Below the pieces are notes generated by a model, which ran no database searches, had not been told where the DNA came from, and worked only from the letters and a program-made list of their open reading frames with translations. The position numbers and the translations under genes are program-made. Positions 9,190 through 19,338 of a stretch of 64,000 nucleotides of DNA are shown here, in pieces. This DNA is from an uncultured Gemmatimonadales bacterium (GTDB lineage Bacteria; Gemmatimonadota; Gemmatimonadetes; Gemmatimonadales; Gemmatimonadaceae): positions 576,001-640,000 of the forward strand of contig CAWBZV010000003.1 in assembly GCA_963793305.1 (NCBI GenBank). Direction: 5' to 3'. Position 1 is the first letter of the stretch, and every line of letters begins with the position of its first letter.

Positions 9190-10290
9190 ATGACTCCATC
9201 CCGTACGGTTCTTCCCGAGCGCAATCTCGACATTCTCCGTGCGATCGCGGTGCTCGCGGTGCTGGTCAATCATGTCTTCGATGCGTACGGCAGTTCCAGT
9301 TCACTCGGCGGATGGTTCGGTCGCGCTGGCGTTCTGACATTTTTCGTTCACACGTCGCTCGTGCTGATGTCGTCGATGGAGCGACAGGGCACGGACAATG
9401 GGTGGGTCACACGATTTTATGTGCGTCGGGCATTCCGGATTTATCCGCTGGCCATCGTGGCCACCCTGATCGCCGCCGGATTTCGTATCACCCACGCGGT
9501 GCCAGTGGTGCATCATCCAGAGGTAGCACCGGTTCCAAGTCCCTTCGTGTTGGTGGCGAATTTGGCGCTGGTACAAAATCTCGTCGGGGCACGAGACATT
9601 CTGAGTGTGACGTGGACCTTGCCGGTTGAATTGCAAATGTATGTGCTGTTGCCCGTGTGCTATGTGCTCGCGCGACGCGATCAGCCGTTGTCCAACCTGC
9701 TCAAGCTGACGATGGTCGGTGGTGCGATTGGCCTGGGCATCCAGTATGCTCGACGGGCGTTGCATGACAATCCACACGCGTTTGGCCTGGCGCTTCGCAC
9801 ACCGCCCAATCTCTGGAAACTGACCGTCTTCGAGTTCATGCCCTGCTTTATGTGTGGGGTGTTGGTCTACAGTTTCTTGCGTCGGGGATGGAAGCCGGGT
9901 ATTCCGTGGCAATGGTGGGTGCCACTCATTGTCATCAACATGTGCGCAGGGGGGCTCATCGACCACTATTACCAATACAATCTGTGGCTGCAATGGGGGT
10001 ACTGCGCCATCGTCGCCGTCATCATTCTTTCCATACAAGAAATCCCCGAGAATTGGTTGAGCCATCTCGGACACGAATTTGCCAAGTACAGTTACGGCAT
10101 CTATCTCTTGCACATCATTGGGATGTGGGTAGGACTCACGGTGCTCGGCATGCTGCCGGTGTGGGTGGAATGGATTGTCGCGGGGGGTGTGACCGCCATG
10201 CTTCCCGTGCTGGCGTATTACACGATTGAAATGCCGGGCATTCGATTGGGACAACGTCTCACTCGCGTCCGTGTTCTGAACCGCCCGTAG
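9190..10290 (+). CDS. Acyltransferase-3 (OafA-like) membrane O-acyltransferase
   Basis: LDILRAIAVLAV, FYVRRAFRIYP, WTLPVELQMY and SYGIYLLH motifs. Confidence 0.9.
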   Translation: MTPSRTVLPERNLDILRAIAVLAVLVNHVFDAYGSSSSLGGWFGRAGVLTFFVHTSLVLMSSMERQGTDNGWVTRFYVRRAFRIYPLAIVATLIAAGFRITHAVPVVHHPEVAPVPSPFVLVANLALVQNLVGARDILSVTWTLPVELQMYVLLPVCYVLARRDQPLSNLLKLTMVGGAIGLGIQYARRALHDNPHAFGLALRTPPNLWKLTVFEFMPCFMCGVLVYSFLRRGWKPGIPWQWWVPLIVINMCAGGLIDHYYQYNLWLQWGYCAIVAVIILSIQEIPENWLSHLGHEFAKYSYGIYLLHIIGMWVGLTVLGMLPVWVEWIVAGGVTAMLPVLAYYTIEMPGIRLGQRLTRVRVLNRP

Positions 10291-10545
10291 ATAGCGTGCC
10301 GGGCCAGTGGTCCAACCATGGGAAATTGACGACCTCGTTCTCGGTCGGGATCGCGCGCGCGCGATGAGGTAATCGCTCGCTCACCTTGAGCATTGTGCGG
10401 GCAGTACGCCGTCTTCCCAGCCCAGTATCTCGAAGGGCTTGCCCGCGATGACGTAGCGTACTCCGATACGATTCAAGTACGCGACAGCGCTGTCGGCGGA
10501 CGTGCCCTTTGGAAGATCACGATGCTTCACGCCCCAGGCGAGGGG

Positions 10546-10580
10546 TTGCATCCCAAAGCCGACATATGTAGAGTATGTCA
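10546..10580 (+). promoter_or_regulatory. Sigma70-type promoter for a leaderless padR mRNA, with ACATATGT palindrome in the spacer
   Basis: TTGCAT(10546)-17 nt-TAGAGT(10569); ATG at 10580. Confidence 0.5.
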
Positions 10581-10897
10581 TGCCTCGGCTGCCCAACACC
10601 TCGCCTCAGACCCTCAGCATTCTCGAACTTTTGCTTGAGTCGCCGCGCTCATGGCACTACGGCTATGCGCTCAGCCAACTCACAGGTCTCAAGTCTGGAA
10701 CGCTCTATCCGATTCTCCTGCGTCTTGCGGATCAGGGCTGGCTCGAGACCCGCTGGGCCGAACCAGAACAACCCGGCCGTCCGCCACGCCATACCTACCG
10801 CCTTACGGGAGCAGGCGCGAAGGCGGCGCGAACGAAGCTCGCTGAGGCGGCACCTTTGAGAATGACTCGTCGCCTCGCCCCTGTGCCAGGGAGCTGA
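10580..10897 (+). CDS. PadR-family transcriptional regulator
   Basis: HYGYAL...SGTLYPILLRL...GRPPRHTYRLT. Confidence 0.9.
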   Translation: MPRLPNTSPQTLSILELLLESPRSWHYGYALSQLTGLKSGTLYPILLRLADQGWLETRWAEPEQPGRPPRHTYRLTGAGAKAARTKLAEAAPLRMTRRLAPVPGS

Positions 10898-10899
10898 CA

Positions 10900-11803
10900 A
10901 TGCAGATGCACGGGCTCCTCGAACGTCTCGCCAATGTCTTGGCTCGACGACTGCTCAGCTGGCTGCACCGACGAGTTGAGCCTGGGTCGCGCGAGTGGCT
11001 CGACGCGCTCACAGCAGAATCGGAATGCGCCGACGACGGTTGGCAACGACTACGCTGGGCGTTGGGCGGAGTGCCACTCGTGTGGACCATCAACCAGCGC
11101 CGTCAAATGAACGAACCTCCCCGCGGCACCATGCGCGCACGAATCGTTCGCGGCGTCGCGAATATCGCGGCCATCGCGGGCGGGTTTGCAGTGATAATCC
11201 CAGCGACGTACCTCGCGACGTACTTCTTTCGCTGTCACCTCTCCTTCGGAAATCAACCGGGAGGATGCCAGGAACATCCTTTCGTCTTCGCCTCAATCAC
11301 CATCGGCGGCGGAGTGCTCGGCATGATCATCGCGTTTGCGTTGCGCGCAAGACTCGCGGCGTATTGGTGGGCCGTGGTTTCTGTGTTCAACACGGTGGGA
11401 TCTGTTTGGTATCTCCGCTCCGGCATCGTCGACTTGCCGCGGTATGGGGCAACGCAGTCGGCGATGCTGATGGCGGCGACCTTCGGCGTAGTTCTGGCCG
11501 CGATCATGCGAGAAACTCCTTGGACGGAGACTGACCACGGTCCCGTGCAGGAACGTCGGCGACAGCGCCGGGGCTCCTGCATCCCTTCTGAGCCGGCACC
11601 GTATCACCGCGCACCTCATCGCGGGTACGATCAGCTTCTCCATGGCGGATGCTCTTATTCGCATGCGCGGCCGTCCTCTCGTTGCGGATAACGTGAACCA
11701 CTATGCGGTCCTCGGGTCCGCCATGTTCGCGGCGATCCTCGCCGGACTGATCCGCCGACACTGGAGCCGACTCTCGGCCAAGGGCACCATCGTTCGACTC
11801 TGA
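10900..11803 (+). CDS. PadR-associated membrane protein (apparent +1 frameshift near 11552)
   Basis: REWLDALTAE...RLRWALG N-terminus and several TMs; a second frame continues with two TM segments to TGA 11803. Confidence 0.6.
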
Positions 11804-11828
11804 TCTACAGCCCCCAATGGAGACCCGT

Positions 11829-12260
11829 ATGAAGCGTGAGCGCGCGTTGCAGGTCGTCCTGGTCCTGGCGGGTTTGTATTATCTCACCTGGGCCTTCATC
11901 ACGTTCGATATCCTGTGGCACTCCAGTTGGCTTCAGGGCCATCAGGATGCCTTGCCGATGTTCACGAGCGTTAACGGCGTGCTCGGGGTCTTTCTGTTGC
12001 TGGCTGTCAAGCAGCCGGCAAGTCATCGCTCCCTGATCGCCTACGGGGCTTGGTCAAGCCTTGCCCATGCGTTCACGATGACAATCCAAACAGCCGAGGC
12101 CTGGACGCATGGGATTCACAGAGCCGACAGTCCCCAGGACATCGTGATCAATGGCGCTGTTGGAGTCTTGCTCCTTGTAGTCCTTGTAGGCCTTCCGGCA
12201 CAAGAACCAGCGCTGGCCCGCCCTGCCCCTGTCAGTGGGCCGCGCATGGCCGAAGCGTAA
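11829..12260 (+). CDS. Membrane protein, DUF6632-like
   Basis: MKRERALQVVLVLAGL...LGVFLLLA...HRSLIAYGAWSSLAHA. Confidence 0.7.
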   Translation: MKRERALQVVLVLAGLYYLTWAFITFDILWHSSWLQGHQDALPMFTSVNGVLGVFLLLAVKQPASHRSLIAYGAWSSLAHAFTMTIQTAEAWTHGIHRADSPQDIVINGAVGVLLLVVLVGLPAQEPALARPAPVSGPRMAEA

Positions 12261-12439
12261 AGCGACTGGTCTGTCGCGGCGCGCAATCACTTCGCGAGCG
12301 CCGTCATTGGCGCTCGCGTTGTTGTGTGGCAGTTTTTGTGGTCCAGCGGGGAGTTGAGGCGGAGATGAGCGTTCGTTGAGTGGCAATGGGCAGTGTGCGC
12401 GTGTCGCTCACTCGATCGCCACACTCTCCGAGAGGTCTC

Positions 12440-13363
12440 ATGATTCTGGTCATTGGATCCCGCGCCGCGCTCACGAGCGTCGCCGTCGCGGTCCTCGTCA
12501 TAGACGCCTCCGCGCTTCGCGGCCAGGGGCCATCGGGTGAGATCGGAAGTCGGCTGCGGGTCTCGGTGGCCGATCAGCCCGAGCTCGTCGGCACGGTCCT
12601 CGGCCGACGTGATGGCACCCTGTACCTGCGACGGGTGTCGAACGCCAACGGCGTGCCGGACACGATTGGCATCGAGCAGGCGACGATACGCAGCGTCGAA
12701 GTCAGCCACGGCACCCGCGGCCACGTCCTCCCCGGGATGCTGATTGGCGGTGCCGCCGGCGCTGGCCTCGGCGCGGCGGTCGCTGCTTGCAACAATTGCT
12801 TTGGCGGGTCCGTAGCCGGTGCGATACTCGGCGGAGGAAGTGGACTCCTCATCGGCGGTGTGCTCGGGGCCCTGACTCGCAGCGAGCGCTGGGTGCCCAT
12901 CGCGCCGAGCGCCGTGGGAAGGTCCACAACCGAATGCAGTGCCGGAACGGTACTGCGCGTCACGGTGATCGGTCGGCCGGAACCGCTCGTCGGTACCTCG
13001 CTCGGATCACGCGACACCAAGCTGTACCTGGTACGGGCGTCACCCCGTTATGGCGCGCCCGGCACGATTGCTATCGATCAGTCGACGATCCAGCACGTCG
13101 AGGTCCGCGATGGCACCAACGGGCACGCCCTCGCCGGAATGCTGATCGGCGGTGCCGCTGGCGCTGGTCTCGGCGCGGCGGCCGACCGCGTTCCTTCGGC
13201 CGGTGTGATCATCGGTGGGGGCGGCGGTCTCCTCTTGGGCGGTGTGGTCGGAGCCCTCATCCGGACTGACCGCTGGACGCCTATCCTACCAACGATTGCG
13301 TGGCAGTCTGCACCGGGACGAGGCGCGCGAATGGTGTCGCTCGGAGTCCACATCCCATGGTGA
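12440..13363 (+). CDS. Exported protein with two tandem beta-domain + glycine-zipper repeats
   Basis: Duplicated LRV...LVGT...TI.I.Q.TI..VEV..GT.GH...GMLIGGAAGAGLGAA...LL.GGV.GAL.R..RW.PI. Confidence 0.65.
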   Translation: MILVIGSRAALTSVAVAVLVIDASALRGQGPSGEIGSRLRVSVADQPELVGTVLGRRDGTLYLRRVSNANGVPDTIGIEQATIRSVEVSHGTRGHVLPGMLIGGAAGAGLGAAVAACNNCFGGSVAGAILGGGSGLLIGGVLGALTRSERWVPIAPSAVGRSTTECSAGTVLRVTVIGRPEPLVGTSLGSRDTKLYLVRASPRYGAPGTIAIDQSTIQHVEVRDGTNGHALAGMLIGGAAGAGLGAAADRVPSAGVIIGGGGGLLLGGVVGALIRTDRWTPILPTIAWQSAPGRGARMVSLGVHIPW

Positions 13364-13389
13364 GCCCACGTTTTCTGGAGGATGTCCAC

Positions 13390-14439
13390 GTGTACCAGCG
13401 GAACGTCGTCTCCCGTATTCTGACCGTCAGCGCACTGGTGATTGGCTGCTCGTCCTCGCCAACAGCGCCGGTCGTACCGCGGCCGACCGTGTTGGCCAAC
13501 TCCATTGTTTTCTATAGCACTCGGCAACCCGCCGGCCTGTACGCGATGCACGCTGACGGATCGAGTCAAGTTCTCCTCACCACAGATTCCGACGCCAGTA
13601 ATGGCGTGCGTGTGTCGCCGGACGGCAAGCATCTTCTGCTCACCATCGACTCCACGGTCTCCAACCCCGGCGGTCCTCCAATCGGGCTCTTGAACGTCGC
13701 CGTGATGAACCTGGACGGGTCGGGGCTCACCCGGTTGACGCAGAGCGCAGCGGGGTTTCCCATCCCCACGGGTTTCATTAACGCTGAGGCGGATGCGTCG
13801 GGTGGCGTGAGCGCGGCGTGGTCTCCCGACGGCAAGAAAATTGTCTTTACCGCCGCGCGCGATGGCTATCAGCCAAGCCTCTTCACCATGAATGCCGACG
13901 GATCGGGGCAGACGCGTCTCACCGCCAATCCAGCGCCCGATTCGGTGAGCCCGTCGTGGGATTTGGAGCCGGCATGGTCGCCCGACGGCCAGACCATTGT
14001 GTTCTATCGCTTGGTAGAAACGCGCCAAGCGGGGATCGTGCTCCAATCGCTCATGACGATTCATCCAGATGGATCCGGTCTCGCGTCCATACCCGGCGTG
14101 GGTGAGCAGGCCGTCGATCCGGCGCCATCCTGGTCGCCCGACAGTCGCCACTTGGCCTTCGATGGGGTCGTGAATGGGGTAAACGGTCTCGTCGTTAGCA
14201 ACGCCGACGGCTCGGCCGCGAGGATTCTCGTGTCCGGCCCGCTTGGGCACTCGGCGTCGTGGGCCCCGGACGGCAAGAGCATCGCGTACGAAGACGTCTG
14301 CTACTCCGGATGCCCCAACACTGGGTATGTGGTGAACGACACACAGATCTTCAGCATCGCGGCGAATGGCGGAGGCGCACGGCAGCAGTTGACGACGGTC
14401 GACGCGAACTCACAGCCGGTGTACAGCCCGTTGCCATAG
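13390..14439 (+). CDS. TolB-like (PD40/WD40) beta-propeller lipoprotein
   Basis: Lipobox VIGC; repeated WSPDG motifs; GGAGG RBS before GTG. Confidence 0.85.
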   Translation: MYQRNVVSRILTVSALVIGCSSSPTAPVVPRPTVLANSIVFYSTRQPAGLYAMHADGSSQVLLTTDSDASNGVRVSPDGKHLLLTIDSTVSNPGGPPIGLLNVAVMNLDGSGLTRLTQSAAGFPIPTGFINAEADASGGVSAAWSPDGKKIVFTAARDGYQPSLFTMNADGSGQTRLTANPAPDSVSPSWDLEPAWSPDGQTIVFYRLVETRQAGIVLQSLMTIHPDGSGLASIPGVGEQAVDPAPSWSPDSRHLAFDGVVNGVNGLVVSNADGSAARILVSGPLGHSASWAPDGKSIAYEDVCYSGCPNTGYVVNDTQIFSIAANGGGARQQLTTVDANSQPVYSPLP

Positions 14440-14475
14440 GCCCGATTCCGTCCGATCGTAGTCCGGCGACCCCCT

Positions 14476-15006
14476 TTATGAGCCCCGCGCCGTGGGCGGC
14501 AGCAGGCCGTTCAGCCGCGAGTAGATCGCCATCTGGCTGTAATGATCGGCCCAGTCCTCCGTTCTCTCCGACATGAGCGCCGCCCGCGTCAACTGAACCC
14601 CGAACGCCGAGACACGTCCGCCCAGACCGGAATCGTTGAGATGGGCGGCCACCTGATCGCAGAGGGCGAAGCTCTCGCGGAGCCGGGCCACGAGCTTGGC
14701 CTTGTCGTCCGCCGGCGTGAGTTTGGCTCGGCCGGGTGCCTGTACATTCCCGATCGGCGCGCACGCCTCGTCGTTGTCTCCCGCGACGTGCAATACGACT
14801 TCGCCGAAGGTCATTTGCGCGGCCGTCGGCTTGTAACCGTACTTAGCCGCGGGCATCTCCTCGGCCGTGGCCACCAAGTTCTTCTCCAGGCGGGTGAGAG
14901 TGCCGCGGAATGAGTCGGACACGGGCGCCGGTGCCGGCGACTGCGCCGCGGCGAGGGCTGGCAGAAACGCGCTTGCGAGAATAAGGACAGGGCTGGTGAT
15001 TCGCAT
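14476..15006 (-). CDS. DinB-family protein with signal peptide
   Basis: AEEMPAAKYGYKP...TFGEVVLHVA...HYSQMAIYSRLNGLLPP. Confidence 0.85.
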   Translation of the reverse strand: MRITSPVLILASAFLPALAAAQSPAPAPVSDSFRGTLTRLEKNLVATAEEMPAAKYGYKPTAAQMTFGEVVLHVAGDNDEACAPIGNVQAPGRAKLTPADDKAKLVARLRESFALCDQVAAHLNDSGLGGRVSAFGVQLTRAALMSERTEDWADHYSQMAIYSRLNGLLPPTARGS

Positions 15007-15046
15007 GAGAGGGCTCACGTGGGGAGAAAGCAAATCTGTATCGAGG

Positions 15047-15793
15047 TTAGACGCCTACGCTCGCGCGCCAGCATTCGGCGATCAGCGCGTGTCCGGGCGG
15101 TGTCGGATGGACTCCGTCGGCAATCCAGTACGTCTTTTCGACGCGCTCGGCCGCTGACGTGAATCGGGCCTGAAGCGGAACGAATGTCGCGCCCACGCGC
15201 TGCGCCACGCGGCTCGCGACCGCACGACGCTCCTCGAACTCGGGAAACCACGTGGCATCGACCGCGCCCGTCTGCAACACGAACGGCTCCATGACGACGA
15301 GACGAGCATTGGGCAGCGCTTGCCGGGTGCCTTCGAGGAGTGCGACGTACCCTTTTTCGTAATCCGCGATGGTGCCCGTGTAGCCGTGCGTCCGCGTATG
15401 CCAGAAGTCGTTCACGCCGACCAACACGCTCACGATGTGCGGCTGCAACGCGATCGTGTCGTCCGGCCAGCGCGCTTGGAGATCCGGGACCTTGTTGCCG
15501 CTGACCCCTCGGTTGAAAAACTGCAGCCGACGATCAGAGTACGACTCGAGAAGAGCGGCGGCCAAGAGCAGCGGATAGCCGGTGCCGAGTCCGGACGCGA
15601 TGTTGGGTTGGGCGCCTGTAGTCCGATCGCGGCCAGCGTCCGTAATCGAGTCGCCCTGGAAGAGAATGCGCGTGCCAACCGCGAGGTCCGCTCTTCGCGG
15701 CTCTACTTCCGGCTGAGTGTGGCCAGCGCAGGCTATCGCCAGCGTTGACGCGGCGGCAGCCGCGAACTCCCGACGCGTGATACGCGAAGCCAT
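15047..15793 (-). CDS. SGNH/GDSL hydrolase, Tat-type signal
   Basis: TRREF signal; GDSITD, NRGVSG, GVND and DGVHP blocks. Confidence 0.9.
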   Translation of the reverse strand: MASRITRREFAAAAASTLAIACAGHTQPEVEPRRADLAVGTRILFQGDSITDAGRDRTTGAQPNIASGLGTGYPLLLAAALLESYSDRRLQFFNRGVSGNKVPDLQARWPDDTIALQPHIVSVLVGVNDFWHTRTHGYTGTIADYEKGYVALLEGTRQALPNARLVVMEPFVLQTGAVDATWFPEFEERRAVASRVAQRVGATFVPLQARFTSAAERVEKTYWIADGVHPTPPGHALIAECWRASVGV

Positions 15794-15795
15794 CG

Positions 15796-17152
15796 CTAGC
15801 GACGCACCAGCGGCCGCCGTCCGCGCCGAAGCCGCGTGGCCAACGCACCAGCCGCGGCGTGATACTCGCCACGCCCGGCCGCGAGCCGCTGCGACAGCTC
15901 GCCAAGCCGCGCGACCGTCGCAACGAAGTCCGCGATCTCCGGCGGCACGTCGTCGGTCCGCGCCGCGAGCGGTACCGAGTCGCGCGGCGCGCCGCGCAGC
16001 GCGTCGAACGCCCGCCGCGCGAAACGCGTTAGCCCGTGCTTCTCGGCCAGCCGCGCCAGCCGCATGTACGCGTCGCGCGCCGCGTCCGCGCCGTCGAACG
16101 CCAGCCAGCCGTCGCCGAGCTCTTCGAGATAGATCGCGAGAAGTCGAGCGGGCAAAGGGATCTTGTCCAGCGTCGCGCGATGCTGGTCGAACGAGTCGCG
16201 ATGGTTATCCGCCGCCGCGAGCATCAGCAGGTTGATGCACGCCGTCCACCGAATGCTCCGCTCGCGCGCCGTCAAGAAGACCGTCTGGCATGCGCTCCGG
16301 GCCTGGTCGTGCAAGCCCATTCTATAGAATACGACGCCAATGTCGCCGAGGAGCCGGCTCTGCCCCTCGCGGGCAGCGGTGTCGCCCGTGCGGAGCCACA
16401 CAGAACGTCGCCTCCATCGCCCGCTCGTGCCAACGCAGCGCCTCCACGAAATCGCCGCGCTCGCGAGCCGCGTTCCCGCGCTCGTGCGCCGCGCGCGCGA
16501 TCAGGCACTGGTCCCCGAGTGACTCGGCGCTGGCGAGCACGGAGGTCGTCCACGACTCGGCGTCCTCGATGTTGCCGCGCATGCACGCGAGACTCGCACG
16601 CGCGATCTTGAGGTTGAGCGCCGGGCGCACCTCGCCGTAGCGAATCGCGCGCGCGATCCCGAGCTCGAACTCCGTGTCGGCGCCATCGAAATCGCCCGAC
16701 TCGCGGAGACAGTAGCCGAGGCGCAGATGAGCGGTCGCCAGGTCGAAACCCGGGCAGGATTCACCGCAGTCGACGATGCGACGGTAGACGGCGATCGCAA
16801 GATCGAAGTGCCCGCTCTTGTGCAACCGCTGCGCGTAGCCGACGAGCGCGATCAGCGTGCTCTCCGGTGGGATGAACCCCTGCAGCGTGTCGACAACGCC
16901 CGTGAGCGCCATCCGCATCAATGGCGACGGCACGCTCGCCACCGCGCGGCGGAGCATATCCATCTTCCGCACCCCCGGCCGCCGGCGCGGACTCCGCGGC
17001 GCGATGCAGGCGTCAGCGCACTGGAGCACCATCCGACCCGCGTGCAACGCATGCCACGTCGGGCTTCCCTTTCGCCCGCGACTGAGCGTGAGCGAGAAAA
17101 CCTCGTAGGGATCGAACGGCGCGGTCGCGGACAGTGGGGAAGTGGGGCCCAT
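15796..17152 (-). CDS. TPR-like helical-repeat protein (apparent +1 frameshift near 16400)
   Basis: ORFs 16322-17152 and 15796-16401 join into one protein of about 450 aa with TPR-like units (AHLRLGYCLRESGDFDGA, AAHERGNAARERGDFVEALRW, LLGDIGVVFYRMGLHDQA). Confidence 0.7.
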
Positions 17153-17167
17153 GGGTGTGAGCCCGGA

Positions 17168-17281
17168 CTAGTAAGTGCCAGCGCCCGATGTGGCGCCGCC
17201 ACCCGAATCCGCGCGGACGACTCGAGGACAGGCGGCGCTCAGGATCAGGGCGAGCAGCGTGAGAAAAAGTACACGGTGCAT
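17168..17281 (-). CDS. 37-aa putative secreted peptide MHRVLFLTLLALILSAACPRVVRADSGGGATSGAGTY
   Basis: Translated by hand; signal-peptide-like N-terminus; stop 15 nt before the TPR gene ATG. Confidence 0.65.
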   Translation of the reverse strand: MHRVLFLTLLALILSAACPRVVRADSGGGATSGAGTY

Positions 17282-17413
17282 ATGCGGTCAATATCGTGTC
17301 AGCGGTCGCGAAGCAACAGTCACAGTTTTTTGCCGTCCGCTCAAGCGAATCGCGTACCTGGCGAATGTTACATGGCGCGACTATATCGAGAGCGTCCCGA
17401 AGAGGAGACTGTC

Positions 17414-18482
17414 ATGAAGCGCTTGGCCGTAGCTCTCGTCGCCTTGCTCCCGACCGCCGCACGCGCCCAGGAATCGTCGCCGCCGGAAATCGCGTATCGC
17501 TCCGTGCCGGACTTCCTCCAGCTGCCCGCTGAACGTCTCCTTCGGCGAGGTCGCCGGCGTCGCGACCAACTCCAAAGGGCACATCTTCGTGTTCTCCCGC
17601 GGCAACACGACCGGCCCGGCCTATGGGGCCGCCGCGGCGCAGCTCTACGAATTTGGGGCGGACGGCAAATACATCCGCGAAATCGGCCACAATCTCTACG
17701 CGTGGTCGTTCGCGCACTCGGTGCGCATCGACAAGCAGGACGACATCTGGGTGGCCGACAAAGGGTCGGATATGGTGATCGAGTTCAACCCGGCCGGGCG
17801 CGTCGTGATGGTGTTCGGTCGCAAGCAGGAAGCGTCGGACGAAGGCACCGCACCGCTCAAGCACCCGACCCCGCCGCTGCCGCCCGTTGACGGGCTGTTC
17901 CGACAGGTGACCGATATGGCGTGGGATGCGGCCGGCAACATCTATATCAGCGACGGCTACATCAACTCCCGCATCGCGAAATTCGACAAGGACGGCAACT
18001 GGATCAAATCCTGGGGCGAGCCGGGGAGCGAGCCAGGTCAGTTCAACACGCCGCACAATATCGCGGTCGACGCCAATGGCAACATCTACGTGGCGGATCG
18101 CGGCAACCGCCGCATACAGGTCTTCGACGGCGACGGCAAATTCCTGCGACAGATCACCATCGACGTTCCCATCCGCCCCGACGCGCGGCCCGCCATCGGC
18201 AACAGGCCCACGCAGGCCACAGGCACCATGGCGCCCGGCGCGCCGTGGACAGTGTGCATCACCCCGCCGCCGAACCAGGTGCTGTTCACGTCCGATGCGT
18301 TCCCCGGGAGGATCTACAAGCTCAGTCTCGATGGAAAAGTGTTGGGCTGGCTCGGGGAGTCCGGCAAAACTCTCAAGAAGTTCGGGTGGATACACGCCCT
18401 CGCGTGTCCGTCGGAAAACGAGCTGTATGTCGCCGAGTTGCTGAACTGGCGCGTGCAGAAACTCATTCTGTCGAGACCGTAA
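17414..18482 (+). CDS. NHL-repeat beta-propeller, peptidyl-alpha-hydroxyglycine lyase-like (apparent +1 frameshift near 17526)
   Basis: Signal peptide; NHL repeats (GNIYISDGY, GQFNTPHNIAVD, YVADRGNRRIQVFD); GAGGAG RBS. Confidence 0.85.
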
Positions 18483-18553
18483 CACCGTGTTGTTCAAAGC
18501 CGTGGGCTTCTGTGCTGTAGTATTCACTACCGTGGGGTCGCTAATGTCGGCGC

Positions 18554-18832
18554 GTGCCACCCCGGAAGCGGTCCGTCGGCGACCTCAAGCCACTCGGTAG
18601 CGTCTTTCGCGCCCTGCGCAAGAAAACAGGCTTGAGCCAGGAGCGTCTGGCACTCGACTACGATCTCGATCGCGCCGCGGTCAGCTCTCTCGAACGGGGC
18701 AAGACCAACATCACGTTCAGTCGCATGCGCGACACGCTAACCGCGCTGGGCGCTTCCTGGGAGACGTTCGGGCGCGCGATGGATCAGGAAGCCCCGCTCC
18801 CGCCCCGGAAATCGCTCCGCCGACGAAGATGA
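18554..18832 (+). CDS. XRE-family HTH regulator
   Basis: LGSVFRALRKKTGLSQERLA...VSSLERGKTNIT; GTAGT-N4-ACTAC palindrome upstream (18517-18530). Confidence 0.85.
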   Translation: MPPRKRSVGDLKPLGSVFRALRKKTGLSQERLALDYDLDRAAVSSLERGKTNITFSRMRDTLTALGASWETFGRAMDQEAPLPPRKSLRRRR

Positions 18833-18975
18833 CAGAGTGGACGGATCCGCGGCATAGAACAACACGCTGACGACGCATCAATGCGGCGAAGCACATCCGA
18901 CCACGCATTGTGTACGGCTCGTCGCTCTCCGCAAGGCACAATATCGTTCCGACTTCTCTCGCCCGGGGAGGGGCC

Positions 18976-19203
18976 GTGACCAAGTTCAAATTTCGTCGCT
19001 GTACTTTCGAGCAGCACACCATCGTCGATGACGAAGGCCGCGTGATCGGACACATCCGCGTCACGCCCAACGCCATCCTCTGGAAATCGCCCGGCACATC
19101 ATCCTGGTACGTCGTCCCGCTCGGCGTATTCGCGGAATACGCCAAGCGGAGCGGCAGTAAGTGGCGTGGCCGTGGCCGGTTCGTTATTGCACCGCCGCGG
19201 TGA
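18976..19203 (+). CDS. Small hypothetical protein
   Basis: GGAGG RBS then GTG; 75 aa; its 3' end runs antisense over the duplicated cocE end. Confidence 0.55.
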   Translation: MTKFKFRRCTFEQHTIVDDEGRVIGHIRVTPNAILWKSPGTSSWYVVPLGVFAEYAKRSGSKWRGRGRFVIAPPR

Positions 19204-19234
19204 CGGGAGGATGGTTCACGACCGTCACCGTGAT
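19184..19234 (-). repeat. Diverged copy of the last 17 codons of the CocE/NonD gene (22242-22292)
   Basis: 45/51 nt identical; same peptide [16 protein letters not shown]; all 6 differences are synonymous. Confidence 0.95.
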
Positions 19235-19300
19235 GAGCTATACGTGGCCGAGTTGCTGAACTGGCGCGTGCAGAAGCTCGTGCTGCAGCCGTTACACTAA
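19235..19300 (+). repeat. Diverged copy of the 3' end of the NHL gene (18420-18482)
   Basis: ELYVAELLNWRVQKLVLQPLH* versus ELYVAELLNWRVQKLILSRP*; 29-nt identical core. Confidence 0.95.
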
Positions 19301-19338
19301 CCGCTTAGCGAAACGCCACCCCCGTGCGTCTACCGGGG

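Noticed and set aside
10381..10599. 72-aa minus-strand ORF
   Set aside because: Overlaps the padR promoter and start; at most a 3' gene remnant; no recognisable motif.
17168..18482. PAL-like NHL protein as an amidating enzyme for the neighbouring peptide (RiPP)
   Set aside because: The peptide ends in Tyr, not Gly; no monooxygenase partner is present; the genes are divergent and such NHL proteins are common.
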